Positions 45,242-54,097 of a stretch of 64,000 bases of DNA are shown piece by piece. Both the position numbers and the translations under genes were made by a program. Position 1 is the first letter of the stretch. Every line of letters starts with the position of its first letter. This DNA is from an uncultured Chloroflexia bacterium (GTDB lineage Bacteria; Chloroflexota; Limnocylindria; Limnocylindrales; CSP1-4). The notes beneath the pieces are model-generated. The model made no database searches, had not been told where the DNA came from, and was given only the letters and a program-made list of their open reading frames with translations. Where the stretch lies: contig CAWKHG010000007.1 of the NCBI GenBank assembly GCA_963849405.1, forward strand, positions 3,243 through 67,242. Reading direction: 5' to 3'.

Positions 45242-48088
45242 TCACGAGAGCGGCGGCAGCTCCTGGGCTTCGGTCAGCGCGCCGGCGAAGAGGTCGCCCC
45301 GTTCGGCGACCCGCGGCATGATCGAGCGGATCGTCCAGCGGTCGGGCCGCAGGTCGGGATCGTCGAGCTCGTCCCACGTGATCGGCGCGGAGACCGGGGC
45401 TCCGGCCAGAGGTCGCACCGCATACGGCGCGACGAGCGTCTTGATCGAGGCGTTCTGGGTGTAGTCGAGACGCGCCCGGCCGCGACGATCCTTCACCGAC
45501 CATTCCCACGAGACGAGGTCCGGCACCATCGCCCCGACTGCCTGCGAGACGCCGTGGACCCACTCGCTCGTCTCGGAGAACGAGTAGCGGGTCACGATCG
45601 GGATCCAGATCTGGATGCCTCGCTTGCCGGTCACCTTCGGGAAGCCGGTCACGTGGAGATGACCGAGGGCCGTGCGGAAGAGCCGCGCGAGCGTGACGGT
45701 CTCGTCCCAGGTCGTCTTGTCGCCGGGATCGATGTCGATGAGGGCGTATGTGGGTCGCATCGGGGCGTCCAGGCGGCTCGTCCAGGCGTGGACCTCGAAG
45801 CTCGTCTGGTTGCCGAGCCAGCACAGCGTCGCGACTTCGTCCGCCACGAGATGGTCATTGGCCTCGCGATGCTCCGGGCCGACCGGGTGGTCGCCGTGCC
45901 ATCCCGCCTCCCAATTCTCATGCCAGCGCCGCAACCAGGACGGCGCCGTCTCGGGAATGTCCTTCTGCCAGAAGCTCGGGCCGCCGACGCCGTTCGGGAA
46001 CCGGTTGAGGTTCAGCGGCCGCTCGGCGAGGTGCGGGAGCATGAACGGCCCGATCCGCCCGAAGTACGCGATGAGGTCGCGTTTCGTGATCGGCGGCTCG
46101 TCGGGCGTGGTCGGGTGGGGCGGGAAGAGCACCTTGTCGAGGTTGGTGACCTTGAGGTCGCGGCCGCCGACATGCCAGACGCCCTCACGCCCGAGCCCGG
46201 CCAGCGCCTCGAGCTCCTCCTCGGTGGCGACCTGGGGCTTCGTCGCGGCCGACGCCTTCTTCGGCGCCGGCTTCGAGGCGCTCCTGGCCGCCGTCGACGG
46301 CTTGGCCGCCGGCGTTTTCGCGGCCGCCGTCGAAGCCTTTGCGGACGGCTTCCTGGGGGCCGATCGAGGCTTCGGCGCCATCTCCTCCTCCTGCGGCTCG
46401 CCTGTCGCGCCGGACGGTTCGCTGGGAGCTCCATCCGAAGCGGTCGGGACGTCCACCGGTCGTTCGCGCACGACCGTGTGCGGGTCGCGACCATCGAGGA
46501 TGCCCTTGAACGCAGTCTGGCGGACCGTGCCGTCACGCGTCCACGCCGCGAACTCGGCGCGGATAACCATCTCGGGCTCGGCGAAGCGGGCCTCCCGGAG
46601 CTCGCCGGTTCGCGGCGGAGCCGGGTCGAACGGAGCGCTCGCCCTTGCCAACCCGTCCAGCCGGGCCTTGATGAGCTTGCGCATCTTCGTGTCGATGCCG
46701 CTGCCGACCCGCCCGGCGTAGCGCAGGTGCTTGCCCTCGTACACGCCGACCAGCAGCGCGCCGAGGTCCTTGTGGCTCCCCTCCCCCGGGATGTACCCGC
46801 CGACGACCAGCTCCTGCTCCGGGCGGACCTTGATCTTGAGCCAGTTGTCCGTTCGGCGGCCGGGCTCGTAGCGGCTCCGGCGCTTCTTCGCCACGATCCC
46901 CTCGAGGTGGCGCGCCTTCGCGGCCTCGAAGAACGTTCGACCCTCGCCGTCGATGTGGCTCGCGTAGCGCACGCGCCCGTGCTCGCGCAGGACGCCCTGG
47001 AGCAGCCGTTTGCGATCGACGAGGGGGACCTTGAGGAGCGACTGGCCGTCGAGGTAGAGCAGGTCGAAGGCCATGTAGACGAGGGGCGCATCGGCGACTT
47101 CCGGGACCCCGCTGATGCGCTGCTGGAGCAGCTCGAACGAGGGCGCGCCGTCCGGATCGAGGGCCACGACCTCACCGTCAACGACCGCAGAGTTCGCCCA
47201 GATCCAGCTCACCGGTGAGAGGAGGCCCGGGAAGTAGTGCGCGGCGTCATTCCCGTTCCGGGTCAGCGTCCTGACCGACCCTTCGTTCACGATCGCCTGG
47301 ACGCGATAGCCGTCCCACTTGATCTCGAAGAGCCAATCGGGCGAGTCGAACGGGTGGGTGCCGAGCGTGGCCAGCATCGGCTCGATGAACGTGGGCAGCG
47401 GTGCCTCGGTCGCCGCGGTCAGGTCCACCTCGGCCAAGGCGGCCGGCGCCTGCGACATCCAGATGGCGTCGCGGGCCGCCTTCACCTCGTCGTTGGTCCG
47501 CCCGGTCTTGACGCTCTGCGGGTGGTCCTCCGCGTCCCAGCCCGGTGACGCGTCGGCGTCGTTCTTGTGGATCAGCAGCCACGGCTCGCCGCTCTGGCCG
47601 TCCATCGGCCGGGTCTTGACGATCGTGAACCGCCCGCTGATCTTCTCGCCTTTGAGTCGGAACTTGAGCTCACCCTCCTCGATCGCGGTGATCGGGTCGA
47701 GGGTCGCCGGGTTCGGGGCCGGCTTGCCCGGCTTCGATTCGGGGCCTTCCTGCTCCCAGGTCCCCCAGTCCCAGACGATGACGTCCCCCGCGCCGTACTG
47801 CTTGGACGGGATCACGCCCTCGAAGTCGAGGTACTCGATGGGATGGTCCTCGACGTGCATCGCCATGCGGCGCTGCTTCGGGTCGAGCGTCGGGCCGCGC
47901 GGCACCGCCCAACTGACGAGGACGCCGTCGATCTCGAGGCGGAAGTCGTAGTGCAGGCGGGTCGCCCGGTGCCGCTGGACGACGAACCGGCCGCCCGGCA
48001 CGCGGGCGCCCCGGGACCTGGGCGTCGCGGGAGCCGGCTCAGGCGTCTTCGCGAAGTCGCGTTTGCGGCGGTATTCGTCGAGCGGCAC
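45242..48088 (-). CDS. ligD: NHEJ DNA ligase D (phosphoesterase-ligase-polymerase order)
   Basis: YRRKRDF..TPEP, HYDFRLE, EIKWDGYR, EGIVAK, WLKIK, RFPNG, DIDP and DYTQN. Confidence 0.95.
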   Translation of the reverse strand: MPLDEYRRKRDFAKTPEPAPATPRSRGARVPGGRFVVQRHRATRLHYDFRLEIDGVLVSWAVPRGPTLDPKQRRMAMHVEDHPIEYLDFEGVIPSKQYGAGDVIVWDWGTWEQEGPESKPGKPAPNPATLDPITAIEEGELKFRLKGEKISGRFTIVKTRPMDGQSGEPWLLIHKNDADASPGWDAEDHPQSVKTGRTNDEVKAARDAIWMSQAPAALAEVDLTAATEAPLPTFIEPMLATLGTHPFDSPDWLFEIKWDGYRVQAIVNEGSVRTLTRNGNDAAHYFPGLLSPVSWIWANSAVVDGEVVALDPDGAPSFELLQQRISGVPEVADAPLVYMAFDLLYLDGQSLLKVPLVDRKRLLQGVLREHGRVRYASHIDGEGRTFFEAAKARHLEGIVAKKRRSRYEPGRRTDNWLKIKVRPEQELVVGGYIPGEGSHKDLGALLVGVYEGKHLRYAGRVGSGIDTKMRKLIKARLDGLARASAPFDPAPPRTGELREARFAEPEMVIRAEFAAWTRDGTVRQTAFKGILDGRDPHTVVRERPVDVPTASDGAPSEPSGATGEPQEEEMAPKPRSAPRKPSAKASTAAAKTPAAKPSTAARSASKPAPKKASAATKPQVATEEELEALAGLGREGVWHVGGRDLKVTNLDKVLFPPHPTTPDEPPITKRDLIAYFGRIGPFMLPHLAERPLNLNRFPNGVGGPSFWQKDIPETAPSWLRRWHENWEAGWHGDHPVGPEHREANDHLVADEVATLCWLGNQTSFEVHAWTSRLDAPMRPTYALIDIDPGDKTTWDETVTLARLFRTALGHLHVTGFPKVTGKRGIQIWIPIVTRYSFSETSEWVHGVSQAVGAMVPDLVSWEWSVKDRRGRARLDYTQNASIKTLVAPYAVRPLAGAPVSAPITWDELDDPDLRPDRWTIRSIMPRVAERGDLFAGALTEAQELPPLS

Positions 48089-48168
48089 GCGGTCAGTGTG
48101 CCGACCGGCGTCGGCCGCGGCAAAGGGCCCGCGGCGTCAGGCGGTCGGCGCCTCCGGATCGGGGGTGG

Positions 48169-49095
48169 TCAGGCGCTCTTGCGGCGGCGGGCGGGTCGCG
48201 CTTCGGGCTCTGCCTCGGCCTCGGCTTCGGCGGCCTTCTTGGAGCGAGCCTTGGTCCCGGCAGCCTTGGCCGCGCGGGCGTCGCTGACCGAGACCGGCGT
48301 GTCCGTGCGCGACTTCTTCGCCGCGTTGACGCTCGCCTCGAGCGCCGCCATGAGGTCGACGAGATTGCCGCCGGTGGCCTGTGGCGTGGCCACTTCCTTG
48401 ACCTCGTGGCCGGCGACCTTCTCTTCGATGACCGCCATGAGCGCCTCGCGGTACTCGTCGTGGTACGCCGACGCGTCGAACTCACCGGTCATCGCGGCGA
48501 CGAGCTGCTCGGCCATCTTCTTCTCGGCCGGCTTGAACTCCTGGTCCGCGGCCGGCAGGTCGAGCTCGCCGGTGGCCCGGATCTCGTCGGGCCAGTGGAG
48601 CGTCGTCAGGAGCATCGTGTCCTCGAACGGATCGAGGGCGGCGAGTGCCTCGCGATCCTTGATCACGACCTTGCAGATCGCCGTGAGCCCCTGCTCGCCG
48701 AGGACCGTCTTGAGCAGGCTGAACGCCTTGTGGCCGACCTTGTCGGGCTCGAGGTAGTAGGCGCTCTTGACGAACCGGATCGGGCCCTCGTCGCGGGTCG
48801 CCTTCGTGAACTGCTCGATCTCGATGCTGCGGACGGTCTTGAGCGGGACGCGCTCGAGGTCCTCGTCGGTCACGACGACGTACTCGCCCGGGGCGTACTC
48901 GAAGCCGCGGACGGTGTCGCTGCGGCTGATGACCTCGTCGTCGACCGGGCAGAAGGTCTTCATCTGGATCCGCGAGAGGTCCTTCTCGTGGAGCATGTTG
49001 AAGCTGATGCCCTTGGAATCGGTCGCCAGGTAGAGCTTCACCGGGATGGTGACGAGCCCGAACTGGATCGCCCCTTTCCACATCGCGCGCGCCAT
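48169..49095 (-). CDS. ku: NHEJ DNA-end-binding protein Ku
   Basis: WKGAIQFGLVTIPVKLY, YHDEYREAL, NLVDLMAALEAS and a basic C-terminal tail. Confidence 0.95.
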   Translation of the reverse strand: MARAMWKGAIQFGLVTIPVKLYLATDSKGISFNMLHEKDLSRIQMKTFCPVDDEVISRSDTVRGFEYAPGEYVVVTDEDLERVPLKTVRSIEIEQFTKATRDEGPIRFVKSAYYLEPDKVGHKAFSLLKTVLGEQGLTAICKVVIKDREALAALDPFEDTMLLTTLHWPDEIRATGELDLPAADQEFKPAEKKMAEQLVAAMTGEFDASAYHDEYREALMAVIEEKVAGHEVKEVATPQATGGNLVDLMAALEASVNAAKKSRTDTPVSVSDARAAKAAGTKARSKKAAEAEAEAEPEARPARRRKSA

Positions 49096-49314
49096 GCTTG
49101 TTCCTCGCTTGCGGCCCCGTTGCCTAGTGCCCGAGATCCCGGGGCGGTGACGATAGCCTCACGCGTGGTTCGTGGCAAGGCCGCAGCGGCGCGCTGGCGT
49201 GTCGAACCCGTGGCGGTTCGGCGCCAGCTAGCCGGCCGCGCGTCAGATACCGCTCAGGGCGGTACTACGGGCTCCGGCCGCGCGGTGGGCTGTCATCTAC
49301 CGGCCTGGACGGTG

Positions 49315-50148
49315 CTACGACCCAGATCGGTTCCGTGTCGTGTCATCTAACGGCCGGGCAGGTGGTAGGTGCATCGAACCGGTTGGCGCGAGCTCGCCCG
49401 AGCCGATTCCGTGCTCGATTGGTGACGTGGTGGGCCGGCGGATGCGCTTCGGCGCTGACACCGCAAGTCGTGCACCTTCCCGGTGGGTAGGTGACACGAA
49501 GACGATCCCGGCGAGTGATCCGGTCGGCCGCTGCAGCCACTCGCGAACTCGGCTACCCCTCGCCGGGAGGGTGGCGTCAAGTACGGCAGCGTGGCGGGCG
49601 ACCGCGCGCCGCGGCGTCGAGTCAGTTGGGAGGACCACGATTCGGCTCACGACATCGGCTCGCCAGCCTTGGGCCTCACGACAGATCGCCGGAGCAAGTC
49701 GCACCTTCTCGTCGAGCTTGCGAAGCATTGCCTCCACCGATGTCAGCTCCGTCTTGACCTCGACGACGAGCAGCGACCGCGCCGCGGAGTGCCAGCCAAC
49801 CAGGTCGATCGAACCTCGCTCGCCGTATCGCGAGTAGGAGAGCTCGGCGAGGGGAAGCCATCCGCACGACTTCAACAGCTTGAGGGCCTGGCCGACCAAT
49901 ACGGCGTGGCGCTCGTCGAGCATGCGATCGAGCGCCCCTCCGCGCCAGCGGACTTCAAGATCCAGGCTTGCATCCAGTGCCGCGAAGACGCGCCGAACCC
50001 GTGACAGGCTCATTGCCGCGAATTGCCCACGCTCGCAGTCCGAGACGAAGGTCTGGCTTACGTGAGCCGCAGAAGCCAAGTCGTCCTGCCGCCAATGGCG
50101 TCGCTGACGCAGGCCACGGAGCGCCGCCCCAACCCGAGGATCATTCAC
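49315..50148 (-). CDS. XRE-family HTH fused to a PD-(D/E)xK restriction-endonuclease-like domain
   Basis: LRQRRHWRQDDLASAAHVSQTFVSDCERG (HTH); GSIDLVGWH…LLVVEVKT (nuclease core). Confidence 0.75.
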   Translation of the reverse strand: MNDPRVGAALRGLRQRRHWRQDDLASAAHVSQTFVSDCERGQFAAMSLSRVRRVFAALDASLDLEVRWRGGALDRMLDERHAVLVGQALKLLKSCGWLPLAELSYSRYGERGSIDLVGWHSAARSLLVVEVKTELTSVEAMLRKLDEKVRLAPAICREAQGWRADVVSRIVVLPTDSTPRRAVARHAAVLDATLPARGSRVREWLQRPTGSLAGIVFVSPTHREGARLAVSAPKRIRRPTTSPIEHGIGSGELAPTGSMHLPPARPLDDTTRNRSGS

Positions 50149-50212
50149 CCGAGGAGCGTGACGTTCGGGACTTACCCGCCGCTCATCGGGACGGGCACCC
50201 GCCGGGAAAGGA

Positions 50213-50241
50213 AAGTAGCGGCTCCCCCCTGGCCGCTACTT
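50213..50241 (-). terminator. Intrinsic terminator of the 50284-51555 gene
   Basis: AAGTAGCGGC-N9-GCCGCTACTT stem, with a TTTCCTTT tail on the minus strand. Confidence 0.7.
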
Positions 50242-50283
50242 GTCCCTTAGACGCCGCGCAGCGGCAAAGTGCTACAGCCGGTT

Positions 50284-51555
50284 TCAGTGGGCGAGACGGA
50301 GCTCCGTCTCCGCTTCGACGACACGGGCCAGGATGTTCGAGCGGAGGAGGTCGAGGCTGCTCCAGACCGCCTTCGTCGTGTTGGTGACCGACGTGAGCTG
50401 GCTCTTGAGCGTCGAGATGAGGTCGAGCTGCTCGCGGATGCCGGCCAGGGCCGCTGACAGGGCCGCCGCGTCGATCTCGACGTCGTGCTCGAGGAGCGAG
50501 GCCACGGCCACGAGGCGCGCGAGCCGCACGGCCGCCTCGAGCGTCGACGCCTCGGGCGCTGCGGGGTCGATGACGCAGTAGACGTCGCCGGCCCGCATGT
50601 CGAAGGGCGCGATGCCCGTCGGAGCGTGGGCCGGCGTGAACACCACCAGCCCGACGGCCGCACAGCGGTTGGTCTTGGCCTCGCGGAGCTCGTCGCGGAT
50701 CGCCCGGAGGGACATGGTCCGGTCCTTGGCCTCGACGACGATCTTGAGGTCCGCGCCGCGTGCCAGGCCGTCGTTGACGGTCAGGACGAAGTCGCCCTTC
50801 TTGCTCTTGATGACGTCGCCGGTCTCCCCGCCGGTCCGATCCAGCAGGTCGCCGTTGGCCCGGGCGAGGTCGCCGAGCATGGCCTCGAGCACGTCCTCGA
50901 AGTCGCCGCCCTTTGCGGTGGACCGAGCACGCTCCGAAGCGCGGGCCGCGGCGGCCGCCTCGATCGCCGTGAGACGGTCGTTGAGCTTCGCGAACCCCGC
51001 GCTGATCTCCTCACGGAACTGGTACATGGGAGAGCCGAGCCGCGTCGGGTCGATGAGGCGGGCGAGCTTGGATGCGTCGCCGTCGAAGTACGTGCCGAGG
51101 AGCTGGCCGATGCGCCCGATCGCGCTGTCGCGCTTGGTCTCGTCGAACAGGTCCGCCACGAACACCCGAAGCTGACCGCGATCGCCGAGGAACTTCTCGA
51201 GCGTGCGGGGCAGGCGGCCATCGCCGTCCGCGAAGTTCGTCCGGAGCGTCTGCTCGAGCGCGGTGGCCGCACGCTCGTTGGTCGCCTGGCTCTGCTGGAG
51301 GAGCGCGGCGAACTCGCGCCGGACCACGTCCACGTTCACGGTGACGCCCGCGTCCTGCAGGGCCACCAGTCCGATCTTGAGCGCGCGCTCAACAAGGGTC
51401 GCGCGCTCCTCCATCGGTCGCTCGGCGACGAACGCCGCGAGCGCCGGGTCGAGGAGAGTCAGGCGGTCGACGAGGATCCGGTCACCCTCGGTCCGGACGA
51501 TCGTCGCCGGCAGCACGGCCGGCGTCGGGAGCGAGACGATGTTGCGGGCTTCCAT
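50284..51555 (-). CDS. Coiled-coil protein with a PD-(D/E)xK nuclease-like core (RmuC/DUF2130-like)
   Basis: KGGDFE…KKGDFV…IVVEAKDR, flanked by long helical regions. Confidence 0.65.
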   Translation of the reverse strand: MEARNIVSLPTPAVLPATIVRTEGDRILVDRLTLLDPALAAFVAERPMEERATLVERALKIGLVALQDAGVTVNVDVVRREFAALLQQSQATNERAATALEQTLRTNFADGDGRLPRTLEKFLGDRGQLRVFVADLFDETKRDSAIGRIGQLLGTYFDGDASKLARLIDPTRLGSPMYQFREEISAGFAKLNDRLTAIEAAAAARASERARSTAKGGDFEDVLEAMLGDLARANGDLLDRTGGETGDVIKSKKGDFVLTVNDGLARGADLKIVVEAKDRTMSLRAIRDELREAKTNRCAAVGLVVFTPAHAPTGIAPFDMRAGDVYCVIDPAAPEASTLEAAVRLARLVAVASLLEHDVEIDAAALSAALAGIREQLDLISTLKSQLTSVTNTTKAVWSSLDLLRSNILARVVEAETELRLAH

Positions 51556-51656
51556 GACGCCATCCTCGACGGTCCGCGTGACACCTAGCCTGTCACGCCC
51601 TCCGGGGCATCGGAATCACGCTCAACCGGGGTCGGCGCGGACCACGCCCTGCTCGA

Positions 51657-52499
51657 TCAGCTCCGCCGGACCGTCGCTTCGATGAGGCCGTGGGGCTCGC
51701 GCGTCGAGATGAAGACCAGACCCGGGTTGTCGAGATGGAACGGGGCCAGGTCGACGAGCCAGTGATGGAGGTTCGGCATCGCCATCGAGATCTCCGCGAC
51801 TTCGGCGTGGCGCTCCAGGATCGCCCGTCCGATGATCCAGATCGACGCCTGGACCGACGGGCTGTCGTGCTCCGCGAACACCTCGAGGAACGTCGCGCGC
51901 ACGCCCTCGAAGAGCGCATCGTGATCGACGTCCGGTGAGGCGTACCGCCAGCGAGCGCTGACCTGGGTGGCCATGAGCCGGTCGGCCGCCTCGGGCAGCG
52001 TCGTGTATTCGTCGCGCGGGAAGCCCGTGAACGATGACTTCGTGGTCTTCATGACCGCGAGGTCCTCGATGCCGGCCTCGATCGTCACGCCGTCGCGTGC
52101 CGCCACGACCGACGCGACCCTGGTCCACGATCCATCACGCGCGAAGGCATCAGCCGCGGGCGCCTGGCCGGCCAGCGCGATCGGCGTCCAGCGGTGCTCG
52201 CGGAGGGCGATCGTCGCCCGGTCGACCTGAGGGAACGCCGCGAAGTGCTCGGCGAGCGTGCGTCCGAACGCCTCGATCGAGCCGTCGAACCGGTCCCGCG
52301 CGAACGCATAGACCGTGTTCTTCATCGTGTCGGTCGCGATCACGTCGGTGTTGTCGCCCGCGACGTACGAGTCTTCGAACGCGCCGGCGAGGGTCACGCC
52401 CACCGTGACGTCCCGGACCGCGTGGCCGGCAGCATCGCGAACGACGCGGACGAGCTGGATCGCCTGCTTGCCGTAGCGGTTGTCACCGAGCTCGATCAC
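51657..52499 (-). CDS. pucL: Factor-independent urate oxidase (uricase)
   Basis: YGK, ATDTMKNTVY, KTTKSSFTGF, SPSVQ, MPNLH and PHGLIEAT; GGAGG SD before GTG 52499. Confidence 0.93.
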   Translation of the reverse strand: MIELGDNRYGKQAIQLVRVVRDAAGHAVRDVTVGVTLAGAFEDSYVAGDNTDVIATDTMKNTVYAFARDRFDGSIEAFGRTLAEHFAAFPQVDRATIALREHRWTPIALAGQAPAADAFARDGSWTRVASVVAARDGVTIEAGIEDLAVMKTTKSSFTGFPRDEYTTLPEAADRLMATQVSARWRYASPDVDHDALFEGVRATFLEVFAEHDSPSVQASIWIIGRAILERHAEVAEISMAMPNLHHWLVDLAPFHLDNPGLVFISTREPHGLIEATVRRS

Positions 52500-53076
52500 G
52501 AGTGCCTCCAGCGTTGCCGGCAAGCTTGGCGTATCGGTCGGCCGCGATGTCGACGACGGCGTCGAGCGCCCGCCCGAGCTCGTTCTCCGGGTCTCCCTCG
52601 AGCGCCGCGAGCATGCCGGGCAGCAGCGCCTCGCGCGGGCGCCCAGCGACGAACACGCAATACCGGTGGCCGAAGCGGGCCTCGTACGCGGCGTTGAGCC
52701 GGTCGAGCTCGTCGGCCAGGCGAGCGCGCTCCATCGCGGATTCGGCCGCCCTGGCGTCGGCCGCCTCCTGGTCGTAGCCCTGCTCGCGGAACGAGAGGGC
52801 GGACACCGACGCCGGGGGCGCGCCCAGCCGCGGGTGCGCGTCGATGAGCTCGTGCTGCTCGTCGCGAGTCATCGCGTGCGCGATCGTGCGCGCGGCCGCG
52901 AACAGCGCCTCCGGCGAGCCGAACGGCCGGCCAGCGGCCAGCCGCCCAAGGAACCGTGGCGCGCCCTCGAACAGGGGCGCGACCGCCGCAGTGAACGCCG
53001 AGGTCGGGCAGGTGTCGAGCGCCTCGATGTCCATCGCCGGCGCATCCGCTGAGTCGCCAGCCCGTGGCGCGGCCAC
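52483..53076 (-). CDS. uraD: OHCU decarboxylase
   Basis: LFEGAP, AHPRLG, SFREQ and LNAAYEARFGHRYCVFVAGR. Confidence 0.88.
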   Translation of the reverse strand: MAAPRAGDSADAPAMDIEALDTCPTSAFTAAVAPLFEGAPRFLGRLAAGRPFGSPEALFAAARTIAHAMTRDEQHELIDAHPRLGAPPASVSALSFREQGYDQEAADARAAESAMERARLADELDRLNAAYEARFGHRYCVFVAGRPREALLPGMLAALEGDPENELGRALDAVVDIAADRYAKLAGNAGGTRDRAR

Positions 53077-53412
53077 TCAGGTCCCCCGGTACGTGCTCAT
53101 CGAGTACGGCGCGAGCAGGAGCGGCACGTGATAGCTGCGAGCCGTGTCGGTGATCTCGAAGTCCACGGCCATCGTCTTGAAGAAGACCGGCGCGCCGTCC
53201 GGCACGTCGAAGCGGAGGCGGTACACGCCGGCGATGAGGGGCCGGCCCATGAGGTCGCGCACGCGCCCGTCGTCGTCGGTCAGGCTCTCGCTGACCCGGA
53301 TCGGCCGTCCGTCGAGCTCGAGCTTGAACAGCGTCACCTTGAGGCCCGCTGCGGGCCGGCCACGTCCGGTGTCGAGGACGTGGGTCGAGATCGTGGGCGC
53401 GCTGTCGACCAT
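53077..53412 (-). CDS. uraH: 5-hydroxyisourate hydrolase (transthyretin-like)
   Basis: [22 protein letters not shown] and [18 protein letters not shown]. Confidence 0.95.
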   Translation of the reverse strand: MVDSAPTISTHVLDTGRGRPAAGLKVTLFKLELDGRPIRVSESLTDDDGRVRDLMGRPLIAGVYRLRFDVPDGAPVFFKTMAVDFEITDTARSYHVPLLLAPYSMSTYRGT

Positions 53413-53465
53413 ATGGCCACTGTAGCCGACCCTTGGCCGCCCATCCGGTCCGGTATGCTCCGGGC

Positions 53466-53918
53466 GTGGGTGACCTCACGATCCGTGTCGGCGATCTGGC
53501 CTTCAAGGCGCGCTGGGAAGCTGCTGCGCCGCAGACGATCGAGGCCATCCGACGCATGCTCCCCATCAAGAGCAAGCTCATCCACTGCCGCTGGAGCGGC
53601 GAGTCGACGTGGATCCCGTACGGGGAGTTCCGCCCGGGCATCGACTACGAGAACCACACCTCCCACCCCGCCCCCGGCCAGCTCGCCCTCTACCCGGGCG
53701 GCATCAGCGAGTGCGAGATCTTCTTTCCGTACGGGGCGTGCATGACGAGCTCCAAGGTCGGTCAGCTTGCGGCCAACCACTTCGCGACGATCGTGCCGGA
53801 CGACGGATGGGCCGACCGGTTGCGCGAGGTCGGACGGCGGTGCCTCTGGGAAGGGGCCCAGGCGATCGTCATCGAGGAGGCGCGCCCGCGCCGTCCCATC
53901 CCGAACCCGGCCACGTAG
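53466..53918 (+). CDS. DUF3830 family protein
   Basis: APQT…IHCRWSGE…[11 protein letters not shown]…[15 protein letters not shown]…GQLAANHF. Confidence 0.85.
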   Translation: MGDLTIRVGDLAFKARWEAAAPQTIEAIRRMLPIKSKLIHCRWSGESTWIPYGEFRPGIDYENHTSHPAPGQLALYPGGISECEIFFPYGACMTSSKVGQLAANHFATIVPDDGWADRLREVGRRCLWEGAQAIVIEEARPRRPIPNPAT

Positions 53919-53919
53919 G

Positions 53920-54081
53920 GTGGCGATCGCGCTCGCCGTGATCCTCATCGTCGCCCTCGTATTCACGATCCGCGTCGCGCTGTTCCGGCGGGCGGCGATC
54001 GGCGCCCGGGCGCGGACGGCGATCGACGGCCCGCTCGCGCCGGTGCGCCGGATCGCCCGACGGCGCCGCTCCGGGCGCTGA
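53920..54081 (+). CDS. Possible 53-aa membrane microprotein
   Basis: GTG follows the DUF3830 stop by 1 nt; hydrophobic N-terminus and Arg-rich tail; fills the gap to the next gene. Confidence 0.45.
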   Translation: MAIALAVILIVALVFTIRVALFRRAAIGARARTAIDGPLAPVRRIARRRRSGR

Positions 54082-54097
54082 CCTCGCCCGTGCCCGC

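Noticed and set aside
49096-50246. HTH-nuclease as an IS element
   Set aside because: I found no DDE, HUH or recombinase motifs, no terminal inverted repeats and no target-site duplication.
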